A stretch of DNA of 64,000 bases from contig CM060733.1 of NCBI GenBank assembly GCA_030704615.1, positions 42,656,001 to 42,720,000 on the forward strand. Direction: 5' to 3'. Positions 27,500 to 38,138 of this stretch are shown one piece after another. Numbering within the stretch: position 1 is the first letter of the stretch; each line of letters opens with the position of its first letter. The stretch comes from Takakia lepidozioides. Its lineage: Eukaryota > Plantae > Bryophyta. A program made the position numbers and the translations under genes. The notes below the pieces were generated by a model that was not told the origin of the DNA, made no database searches, and saw only the letters and a list, made by a program, of their open reading frames with translations.

Positions 27500-28480
27500 G
27501 CGGATGGAAAAACGGCGCCGAATTTCCATCCGAGGCCTTTCGGATGCAGTCGGCTCGGGGGAAAGGCCGCCATCTGGCCCTCACATTACAACCCCCGGAC
27601 GGAAATTCGGCACCGAATATACAACAGGGGAAACCCGGATGAAGTCGCCTCGGGCGCAGAGGCCGGCGAGTGTGCGACAGAGAACATCCCCTGGATGGAG
27701 ATTCAGCGCCGAATTTCCATCCGGGCCCCCCCAAAGGAAGTCGTGTCGGGGGGTCAGGCCGAAAACTGGCCGGCATAAAAACATCCCCAGATGGAAAAAC
27801 GGCGCCGAATTTCCATCCGGGGCGGTTCGGATGCAGTCGGGGAGGGAGGAGAGGCCGGCACCTGGCCGTCACATTTCACCTTACAACCCCCGGACGGACT
27901 TCGGCACCGAATATCCAACAGGGGACGCCCGAATGAAGTCGCCTCGGGCGTAGAGGCCGGCACGTGTTCGACAGAGAGCATCCCCTGGATTGAGATCCAG
28001 CGCCGAATTTCCATCCAGCAGGTAAGTGGAATCCCGGATGGATGGAAATCGGGCGCCGAATTTCCATCCCGCAGGTAAGTGGAATCCCGGATGGATGGAA
28101 ATTCGGCGCCGGATTTCCATCCATCCGCTTCGGAATTACCTGTGTCAGGGAAATTTGGCGCGCCGCCCTACCTGCGCGGATGGAAATCCGGCGCCGGATT
28201 TCCATCCATCCGCTTCTGAATTACCTGCGTGAGGGAAATTTGGCGCGCCGCCCTACCTTCGCGGATGGAAATCCGGCGCCGGATTTGCATCCATCCGCTT
28301 CCGAATTACCTGCGTGAGGGAAATTTCGCGCGCCGCCCTACCTTGCAGGATGGAAATTCGGCGCTGAATTTCCATCCTGCTGCGCTCCGAATTACCTGCA
28401 GGATGGAAATCCGGCGCCGGATTTCCATCCTGCAGCGCTCCGAATTACCTCTACGTTGGAAATTCCGGGCCGAGTTCCGT
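27500..28480. repeat. Palindrome array of element 2, consensus GGATGGAAATTCGGCGCCGAATTTCCATCC (continues at 25118-25236 across the insertion)
   Basis: Starts at about 27506, 27601, 27697, 27793, 27896, 27991, 28044, 28097, 28182, 28267, 28352, 28405 and 28458; spacings 95-96, 53 and 85 bp (one 103). Confidence 0.92.
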
Positions 28481-28685
28481 CGATTTTCATCCGACATGAG
28501 GGCTTCATCCGACATTTAATTGCGCAGTTGGGCAATAAATGTCCACCGCCATCCGTTTTCATTCGGGTTGGCGACACATGGCTTCCTAGATACGTACCCT
28601 AAATCTGATGCTAATCTTGGCTTAACATGCTATTCGAGGCATGTACCCCAAAAACGGAGATCTTTTTCCATTTTGGCTGGGACTT

Positions 28686-28862
28686 ATGCCGCCTGAAGGG
28701 CGTGGCTCTCCTGAGAGAGACCTCACATCCAGACCGCGGCGGAAGTTGAAAGCTCTGTACTACGGACGATGGCCAATCTCTCGCATGGCCAAACTGAAGC
28801 TCCAGCAGGAGATTCCAGTGTCTTGCTCACAACCCGCGCCAACTGAAGCCGAGTACTCTCAG
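28686..28862 (+). pseudogene. First exon of the ParB-MTase-like cargo gene of element 2 (remainder lost)
   Basis: RPRRKLKALYYGRWPISRMAKLKLQQEI aligns with RPRRKLRKLYFGRRPMPKGRKQMRLQEEI at 43350-43180, in the same position divergent from the transposase. Confidence 0.72.
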
Positions 28863-31800
28863 GCAAGCCACTTCTGCTTTCGCTTTGTTCGATTTCTTTT
28901 TGCTTTCGCTTTGTTGCCTCGCTTTGTTTTTGCATCTTCATCCTGGCTTCGCTGGATGAGTGAACTTTAGATAGTTGAGTGAACCTTAGATTGTTTGCAA
29001 TGCGTGTGCAAATCCGGCAGCTCTGGAGAAGGCTGCTTGTGCATGTCATTCTCAGGGCAATGGTTGCATTTGTTTTCATTGTTGTTGCATGGCTCTCCAT
29101 ACTTCCTAAACTTGTTATGTTTTCATTTTTGTTACACGATTGTTGCTATGGTGGTTGCGCTGCTCGTTGCGATGCTGGTTTTTGCACCGATGTTGGTTTT
29201 CACGATTTTTGGGAATGACAGAGTGACGACGCGCCCGGCACGCTGGTGGTATCATCGACAGCTCCAACTCATCGCATGTTTGAATCGCCCAACTTGGGGC
29301 CAGAGGGCAAACTTAAACCTTTTGTTGGTGGACGGGAGGACTTGCAACGACAGTACGACAGAATAGGCATTGGGGAGGTTGGTGCAGGCGGCATGGCAGG
29401 TGAAGGGCGTGAGGACATGAGGACAGCAGATCAGGCAATGGAGGTTGTTCATGCACATGCAGTAGGGCCCGCCCACGCAAAGAAAAAGAAGAAAGCTAAG
29501 GACATGCAATCCCCGGCGAGAGAGCCGTCACGGGCTGCGGAGATTGGCCACTGCCAATCTAACCAGTCATCTACACTTCCCTGCACCTCCACTGCAAAGA
29601 GACTGAGCTGTACACACTGAAATCATCCAAGAATACCTGCATGAAATCATCCAGATACTCATGAAAAGATTCACTTATCACTCTCTGAAAGGTCGCTGGT
29701 GCATTACAAAGTCCAAAGGGCATGACTTTGTATGCATAAGCCCCCCAGTCTGTGATGAAAGCTGTTTTCCCTTGGTCTTCTTCTGCCACTTGCACTTGAT
29801 TATAACCACTGAAGCCATCCATGAATGAGTACATCTCATGGCCTGCCACAGTGTCTAATACTGCTTCTGTGAATGGCAAAGGGAAAGGATCTTTCTTCGT
29901 ACAAGCATTCAGCTTCTTATAGTTCACACATACTCTTAGTTTGCCATTCTTCTTGGGAACTATTACAATGGGTGACAACCAAGTTGTATACTCTATTGGG
30001 TATATAAACTTAGCCTCAGCCAACTTCTTTATCTCTTCTCCAACCTTCTGTGCGTAGTTGGGATTCATTCTATACCTCGCATGCTTGATTGGTACTGACC
30101 CTGGTTCCAGTTCAATCTTATGCTGACAGACTTCAGGTGGTATCCCTTTTAGATCCTCATAGCTCCAAGCAAATACATCTCTGTATTTGATGAACAAGCT
30201 TTTAGCTTCTTCGAAGAATTCCGGCTCCAAATCAGCTCCTACTTTCACCATCCTCGGTTCCTCTTTAGTTCCCACATTTACTTCTCTCACTTGCTCATCA
30301 GCTGTGATTGTCCAACCAGTCACCACTTCATCCTGTAAGCTCACAGTGGCTGGTTCTTCTAGGATTTCTATTTCTCCTTCTCTTTCTTCATAGAAATGTG
30401 ATGGGTAAATGCTGGTTTCCTCTTCAGTTGGTGTTGCTGTCACTACACCACAGCAGATACCTCTCAAACAACTTAGGCTTTCCAGCCGCATCTCTGCAAC
30501 CTGCTCCCACTCTGGGTGTGCAGCAAATAGGGTAGCTTCCTGCTCCTCATCCAGTCCTCCTCTCCAGTCATACTCTCTGACTCCTCGAGGTCTTCTTGTA
30601 GCAGGTAATCTACTAGATTTCTTTGTGGTAATTTGTATCTCGTGTATCCCATTATGCACGGTTAGTAACTGAGAATTCCAGTCATGGAATACCCTGGCCT
30701 GTTTCAGCCACGGACGTCCCAATAATAAGGAGTAAGCCTCCATGACTTCATCCATTTTTAATACAGTTACTGTGATCATAAAGATCATTTTCTGTATCTG
30801 TATCTTAACTCCTCTTATTAATCCCAATGGCTGCACACTTCTTTGATCTGCCATTGTTACTGTAAATGGGGCTGGTTTCATGTTACTTAGACCAAGCTTC
30901 TTCCTTAATTGGTCTGTCATGATATTTACTCCAGAACCACCATCTATCAGTACATCAGTTAGTTCTGTGCTTCCAATTCTCAATTGGATTACTGGCATAG
31001 AATCATCAAAGTCCATGACTGTTTCTCGCCCTTCCGGCTTCACATTATAACTGGTCACCTTGCTGTTCAGGTCTGTGTTTCCTGTCTCTTGGGCAATTCG
31101 ATTGATTGCTTGATACAACCTGTGCCTACAATAAGGTGCCACAGCTAATAGCTGTCCAATGGTAATTTCTGCTTTGGTCTGACATATTACTTCAGCCAAA
31201 GTCTCTTCATTACTTTGCATGTCTGCATCTTCTTTTTTCCTTTCTTCCTCACTCCCTTCTTTTTCTCCATCCGAATCAGAGGAATTTGCCACAGGAATAT
31301 CAGTACTCTTCTACATTTCCCTTATAGTATCTGCCACTTCCTTGTGCAGTTCCTTCTCATCTTTCCAAGTCTCTTCATCTTCAGGCATATCATTGCCACT
31401 TCCAATCTCATCTTCTTCCTCTTCTACTGGAGGTATTAGTTTGGCTTTACTTCTTGTTACTATCATTGTACTTACTTCTGGTACAACACATGGCCTAACC
31501 ATGTGAGCTGCCACCACTGGGCCCTCATTCACAGGAGCTCTCATCTCATTCTGGTGTCTTATCCAGAATGAACAGGCTGCCTTGCGATGTCCTGGCTGAT
31601 TACAATAGTAACATAGTTCTTCACCATTGGGTCCTCGCCCTTGGTCTGCTCTTGGATTATTTCTGTAATCCTGATTCCCGGGCTGGTAATTCCCCCTTGG
31701 ATTACCCTGATAGTTGCCTCTGAATTTCCTTGGTAATTCCCTCTTGAATTACCTCTCCCTTCCATGCCATTGTTATAACCACCAGACCTACCATAGTGGT

Positions 31801-33528
31801 CCCGATCATTGTTTCTTCTTGGCTGGGGCTGCACCTGATGCACCCTTACTTGCCTAGGTTCTCTTGCAGCTGTCCTTCTGTTGTAGTAACAATTCTCAGT
31901 AGAATGGTTATCCATTTTACAGATGGTATAGTGTTTCTCCTTCATGTGGCATTCTGTGGTGGTATGGCCTTCATTCTGGCACTTTGCACACCATACACCC
32001 TTCCTCCAATGTGTTGCAGCCTCTGTGGCATACTTCTTCAAGATTTCTTCCAATTTTTTTTTCATAGTTATCCCTCTTCAGCTTCTTCTTTCTCTTACTC
32101 TTTCTTTTTAGTTCTTGCTCTTCTTCTTCATCTGACTCATCCTCAGAGTCCTCATCTTCTTTTTTCTCTCTCCTGAGCATTCCCAATTGCTCAATTATGT
32201 TCGCAGTTTCAAATGCCTCCTCCACTGTATTATGGGGTAACATATCCACTTTCTTTTGCAACTCTGGTCTTAGTCTACTCACAAACCAAGTCTTCTGTAA
32301 CCCGGGCGCTGGTACTGCAGCCAGCTTTTTCATCATCAATTCCATCTTCTCCATATACTCTTCAACAGTTTCATGCTTCTTCTGCTTCAGCTGTTGTAAA
32401 CTTCCATACACTTCATCCTCAGTTTTACTTATCCTGAACCTATTTCGAAATGCTGTATTCAAGCCATTCCAGGTTAGGAAATGATTATCAGGGAATCTTG
32501 CATACCATTCACTTGCTTTCTTGATAAGTGAACAAGGAAACAGTCTCATCTTGGCATCATCGCCATTCTCATTGTTCACTATACACATGTGCTCAAATTG
32601 GCTAATGTGTACATCGGGATCCCCTTTTCCTGAATATATTGGAAAGGGGGTTTTGCCCGTGTTGGTTGCAACGCCATCTGTGGCCCTACCTTCTGCCCAC
32701 TGACAGGTGCTGGCACCTTGCTGGTGCTGGTCCTTCTGGACCTGTTATTTTTGTGGTGGATCTTCCACCAAGTGGTGGCCCTTGAGCACTCCTTGCTTCT
32801 GGCCCCACGATATTCACAGTATTCCCAGCTTCAGTTGCACTACTTCCCACACTCCCTGTCCCCCCAGAGCCAGATCCAGGCAGCCCGCCTGATCCCCCTG
32901 AGCCGACACCTTCGTTGGCCTGTGATCCAAGTGCTCCACTTGATCCAGGTCCAACGGGTTGGGATGTCCTGGTTGTAGTCTCAACCTCAGCTGTTGGGTC
33001 TACTTCTTCATATTCTTCCTCTTCTAATTTCTTCTCTCTGTTTTCATCCTCCAAGTTCTGCCCTTGGGTTTCTTCTTCACTCATGTAACTCAACTGTAAT
33101 GGTGTTGGAGAGTCTGAACTCTCCGTTGGCTCTGCCACATCCTCTTCTCCTTCTTCACCTTCTGCTTCAGAAACTGGAGTTCCTGCTTTTGGTGTTCCAT
33201 GCCAACTCTTATCAAAGATTTCTGTCAAGTCTTTTATCCAAGGATGTACCTCAGATCTTTCACCTCGTGATTGATCTTCTTCCTGTACCAATTCCCTTAA
33301 TCTTTCTTGCAAAGAAACAGAAGGAGTGGCATCCAACTCTAGTTCTTCCGGTATAGGTGATGCACTCTTTGATCTTAATGGTGTGAGAGGTCCAGATGAT
33401 TCCCCTATGTCTATTCCTCTCTCCCAAAGATATGGATAATTAGCTTTCAGATAGCTTTCTCTTTTTGCTGAATATCTCTGTCGTCTAGCTTCTCTTTCAT
33501 CACTCATGTCCCATGTCTTTCATTTCTT

Positions 33529-34110
33529 TTAATGTGGCAATAACCAAAACTCTCTTCTGTAATATCTCTCGTATATGCCTGGGTTTCTTTCAAGCTTCAA
33601 TGCACCCTTGGCTATACTTGAAGTCTCTGTTACCATATAACCATATGGCAAACAAGTCTGAAAAGCTGTTCTTGGTGTGAGTTTGATCCACAAAATATCC
33701 TTTGGAATCCAATTCTTTACCAGTACAAGCTCTTCATGCATATGAGTATAAACATTCACCTTTCTTTCTTCCCAGCCTTCAAACTCTACTCGTTTAATGG
33801 ATAGCAATGCTATCACATAAACCAATGTTGGTAACCAACGTGCTCTTCCTCTACAGGCTACCTGATAAATCTTTATCACTCCTTTCTCCAGACCCCATTC
33901 TGGATCAGCATCATGCACTCGTTTAAGAATATTTTCTTTACAACCGTCTGGCAATTTCAAGAACCTTTGAAAGAATTGTTTGGACAATCTTTCTTCCTTT
34001 GTTCCACAGGGAATTTGATTCACTTCAAATTCTTTAATGGTCCAACCACCATGATCCCACCAGATGCCTGTCACATCTGGTTGTTCATGTCCCAGGTCCC
34101 CAGTATGATC
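33529..34110 (-). CDS. Accessory ORF between PBS and gag of Gypsy A
   Basis: Open frame of about 190 codons inside the element. A degenerate homologue (KWGLKGGVISITRA vs EWGLEKGVIKIYQV) sits at the same place in Gypsy B (about 59400-60000). Confidence 0.6.
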   Translation of the reverse strand, partial: DHTGDLGHEQPDVTGIWWDHGGWTIKEFEVNQIPCGTKEERLSKQFFQRFLKLPDGCKENILKRVHDADPEWGLEKGVIKIYQVACRGRARWLPTLVYVIALLSIKRVEFEGWEERKVNVYTHMHEELVLVKNWIPKDILWIKLTPRTAFQTCLPYGYMVTETSSIAKGALKLERNPGIYERYYRREFWLLPH

Positions 34111-34116
34111 GCCAAA

Positions 34117-35108
34117 TGTCGCGCGGCTTTTACTCACCCATCCCTTCGCTATTCGAGGCGGACACTCCAAGATTGAAGAGTTGGAAATCTCTAAGTACTC
34201 AGCCCGCGCAGAACAATCAGTCATGACCTACAACTAGTGTATCATGGGGGTGTTTCCTATTTGTTTCCCTTTTGGTATTCATGTTAACTATCTTACCATT
34301 GATAATTAAGTATCAGTTTGCTTTATCAATCTATTGGATTCCATCAACTCATCCATTCATTCCACAGCTTCACTCAGATCTCTCTACACAGTGTGATTGT
34401 ATCGTAAAAGTATCCGATTATGATTTATCAGGTATCAGGCCGAAGCCATTGTGTCTCTAATCTCCTCTACAATATCATTACAGCCTTGCATATATCAAGC
34501 ATCTACTAATCATCTCTCTATCTTCACTTCCGTTCTTCATCTCTGCCGATCCCCTCTCCTCTATCACCAAGAAGTCCTCCTCCGAATGATGTCCCTCAAT
34601 TCCCCGTTTCTCCCTTTATCTTCCTATCCGCGGTTCTAACCGTTTCCCTCACTAACTGTGTCTGTGAACTAACATGTTCCCTTCGCAGGTGTTGTTCCCC
34701 ACAGTCGTTCCCTGTCCTACTCTTCGTTTCCTATGATCGTGACAGCTGTGTCAAGCTGTGACTGGCTGTGTGAAACTGTGACGGGCTGTGACTGGCTGTG
34801 CGACTGTGTTTGGCTGTGTCGGGCTGTGACTGGCTGTGTCGGCTGTGTCGGCTGTGACGACTGTGACGACTGTGACGGGCTGTGTTGGCTGTGGTCGGCT
34901 GTGACGACTGTGACTGGCTGTGTTGGCTGTGTTGGCTGTGACGACTGTGACGGGCTGTGTTGGCTGTGTCGGCTGTGACGACTGTGACGGGCTGTGTAAC
35001 CCCCCTCTACAGTGCGCTGCTGTCACCCCTAAGGCTCCTGTTGGTCTCAGTCTGTGCAAAAATTAAGGGTACCCTACAGATCCCGTATAAGTGTCTAAGT
35101 CCCCGACA
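34117..35108 (-). repeat. LTR of Gypsy A with an internal (GGCTGTG/GACTGTG)n microrepeat at 34745-34997
   Basis: TG/CA inverted ends and adjacent PBS. The outer end interrupts Gypsy B integrase right after CQRMGPVLE. Confidence 0.85.
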
Positions 35109-35574
35109 GTCCTCTAACACTGGTCCCATCCTCTGGCAGACATCACACTGTTGACAGTGTTTATAAGTATCTCCAAATATAGTAGGCCACCAGTAGCCTG
35201 CTAGTAATATTTTCTTTGCTGTCAGTCCGAACTGAAGTGTCCGCAATTCCTTTGTGTAGTTCTTGCATTACTGTTTTGGCTTGGTCTTTGTTTACACATC
35301 TTCTCATTATGGAGTCAATTCCTCTTTTGTACAGAATCCCTTTGATTAATGTGTATGGTTTGCTTTTCATTGAAAGCTTCCTCCTGTCACCTTTGGTGTA
35401 ATCTTCAGGAAATTTCCCTGTGTTCAGATAGTATTTGATTGGCCATTGCCAATCATCTTGATCTTGATCCTGAATATCTTCTGATTCTTCTTTAGTGACT
35501 GTATAAGCTCCAATACTGATATTGGTCAATTCTTGATTGTTTGTTTCTTTGTTTTCATTGTCATCTTCTTCTTC
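35109..35574 (-). pseudogene. Gypsy B pol, integrase N-terminal (H2C2) region
   Basis: ILYKRGIDSIMRRCV...ELHKG...TAKKILLAGYWWPT...CQQCDVCQR. Joins the RNase H segment at 50185 in frame (EEEPDP-EEEDDNENK) once the MULE is removed. Confidence 0.88.
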
Positions 35575-36044
35575 TGGATCTGGGGGGCTGCTATTTCATG
35601 AGCCATGAGCCATGAGCGGCATGAGCCATGAGCAGAGTCGTAAGTGTGGAAAAAAACATGAGCAGCACTATTTTCCGGAAATGAGTGTCCGCGGGAATAG
35701 GGTTTAGGGTGCCACGGTCATAGGGGGAGAAGGACCTCCCGATGAAGGAGGTTCGGCAATGTTATTTAGAATTATATATTGAAAGGCAATGTTTCGCGAA
35801 TGGTAGGGTGGTACTGCTCTGTACAATGGGGGCCCATTTCAGCCTACCAGCCATTTGCAAAATTCACCCACACTCCCAATCCCAAACGAAATGAGCAATG
35901 ACGCATTCTCGGAACGATGGACACAGAATAGAATAAAAGAGGGCACAATGAGGTTTTTATTGATCCACATGAATTGCATTTGAAGCACGTCTACTGTGCT
36001 GATTGTGCCCTCAAATCTTGAGCCCTGTGCCTACTGAATACAAG

Positions 36045-37142
36045 TCACGTTGTCAATGGGACTTCGACTGCTCTCAGAACTAGCTCATGAGTCATGGGGC
36101 TCCTCCATGTAAAGTCGATTGCAGCCGTTGTACCGCCCCTAGTGATGTTCACCACAATGTCCTGCCCTTCAATCATACCACCATCGAATATGGAAATCTT
36201 CACGTTTTCGTCGTCCACACCAATGCGAATGTCCCCATACAATGGAGAAGAGGAGCGCACTCCTCGAGGAGAATAGGTCTCTCCGATGGAGTCCACCCAC
36301 GTCCAGTGGCAGCAGTTCCACCGCAACAGCATAGCAGTGCGCCTTCTTCTGCATGGGTGACCGTCGTAGCTGGGAAAATCGGAATCGAGGATGCGCAGGA
36401 GCCACGGACTCCTCAGACCAAGATCGTCACCCCGCTCGAAGGCGTAGTGGCCTACGATATACTCAAAAGCCACCAATGTTTCCACAATCGAACCAGTATC
36501 TTCTGTGTAATCTGTGTACCAGATAACAATGTCTCCCGATGTGGCCGAATACATTGCATAATCGATGCCTCCAAAGGGGCAGTCGTCCCGGTTCCGGAAG
36601 CACGGCATCCTTGCAAAGGAGGACCTGAGGACGACTTGGATGCCGATGACCTTGCGGACAGCTACGAAGCCCTTAGATTTTGGAAAAGATACGAAGCGGA
36701 AGAGCAGTCCGGCCTCCAAAATGGAGCATCTGGGTCACACGTACCCACCGACGGAGGTGGAACGTGTTCATCACGCCAGCGGTGGATGAAGCCATACATC
36801 TTTCTCATCAACAAGTTATAGTTTGAGATCTGCCACCGAAGTCCATCCCCCCGGATGGAAATTCGGCGCCGCATTTACATCGAAGAGGGGATGGACTTCG
36901 TCGTGTCCAGTGGCTATCGGCCCACCTGGCAGTGACTGCCCATAGTTTGCATGGCAGGGTAGGAAACTGAAACGGCTACATTCATGCAGCAGCCAATCTT
37001 CATCGGTCCAGGATCCTGTACGGGGGAAATTTAAATGTGCCCTGGAGTGTGCCCTGGAATGTACCTCACTTCTGTATGACTGTGTTTCATTGTGTTGAAT
37101 AACTCTCGGATTTGGCCCACTGTTTACAATTTGATGTCTCAT
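36045..37142 (-). CDS. Third gene of element 1, unknown function (probably spliced)
   Basis: ORFs 37142-36816 and 36719-36045 on one strand. A candidate donor GAT|GTAAAT at about 36878 opens an intron that holds one palindrome. A palindrome array lies directly upstream. Exon structure uncertain. Confidence 0.45.
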
Positions 37143-37235
37143 TTCTACAATTTGTCTGTCTGGTTGAATAAAGCAGAGTAACCGGTATGTGAGTCATGTG
37201 TCAAGAATATACCAGAGTAACGCCATGTCGGACAT

Positions 37236-37950
37236 TGAAATGCGGCGCCGCATTTCCATGTCGGCATCGAAATGCGGCACCGCATTTCCATGTCGGACAT
37301 CGAAATGCGGCACCGCATTTCCATGTGGGACAAGAAAATGCGGTGCATCATTTCCGTCCAGGTACACGAAATACCAACACGGGTCTATAAATTGATCAGA
37401 AAACGAGGTTGGCATTGCAAATGCGGCGACGCATTTCCAGCTTGGCAATGGAAACTTCTTTTTGGACAAGGGAATGCGGTGCCGCATTTCCGTCCAACAC
37501 TTCGAAAAGTGCACCTATTTCCGACCAGCGCGATGGAATGCGTTACCGCATTTCCGAGAGAGGGTCTGCAAATTGACAAATTGCGATGTCCGTTCTGGAA
37601 ATGCGGCGCCGCATTTCCATGTCCGTCATCGATTTTTTTTTTACAATGGAATGCGGTGCCAGTTTTTGCTGATGGGTCTGCAGTTCGAACAACCACCATC
37701 CCCAATATGGAAATGCGGCACCGCATTTCCAATCCCGCCATGTCGGCCTCCTTGTTCGACCTCCTTGTTCGACCTCTGTAAGCGTGGTGGCATCCATGCA
37801 ATGAGCGGGAGAGGCCAAAACTGGCGTGTGGACAAAGGAAATTTTGGAAATGCGGCACCGCATTCCCAATTCAGATTACTTTTTACTATGCCAACATTGA
37901 AATGGAAAATTAGTCCCTCCCCTGTTTTGGAAATGCGGTGCCGCATTTCC
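37236..37950. repeat. Palindrome array (about 12 copies of GGAAATGCGGYRCCGCATTTCC) upstream of the third gene
   Basis: Starts at about 37236, 37268, 37301, 37334, 37417, 37470, 37534, 37597, 37647, 37709, 37846 and 37929. Confidence 0.9.
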
Positions 37951-38138
37951 AAAAGAGGTTCTTAGAGTTGCCAAAATTTTGGAAATGCCCTGACCCATTT
38001 CTGATTTTGGGAGCGTCCTGGTTTGGGCGATTGTGTGGCTGGAATGCACACTGGAGAGGGGTCACGAATGTCGGGCAGAATTTTCTTTATATACTCTGGA
38101 AGAGAATTTACATTTACAGAGACTTCATTAAAATTCTA

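Larger units (their letters stand above)
20042..29610 (-). mobile_element. GCM-MULE element 2 (one terminus preserved, cargo end deleted)
   Basis: Terminus GAGGTTTGCTATTTCATGAGC(ATGAGCGGC)n at 20042 matches the transposase-proximal TIR of the intact element. Then come the transposase (minus), a palindrome array and divergent cargo exon 1 (plus). It is fused to Gypsy RT at about 29610. Confidence 0.85.
29611..35108 (-). mobile_element. Ty3/Gypsy element A (5' LTR, PBS, extra ORF, gag, protease, RT), 3'-truncated
   Basis: LTR 34117-35108 (TGTCG...CGACA). PBS TTTGGCGATCATACTGGGGA just inside it. gag FPCSLIKKASEWY, CCHC knuckle CAKCQNEGHTTTEC, protease VLIDGGSG, RT DGFSGYNQ, MPFGLCNAPATFQR and FLDDF. 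Frameshifted, and cut just after FLDDFSVY. Confidence 0.93.

Noticed and set aside
27385-28577. Many short ORFs with MEIRRRISI / KCGAAFP / GNAVPHF repeats (also 4.1-5.1, 37.2-38.0 and 43.6-45.4 kb)
   Set aside because: These are translations of the stop-free palindromes in all six frames, not proteins.
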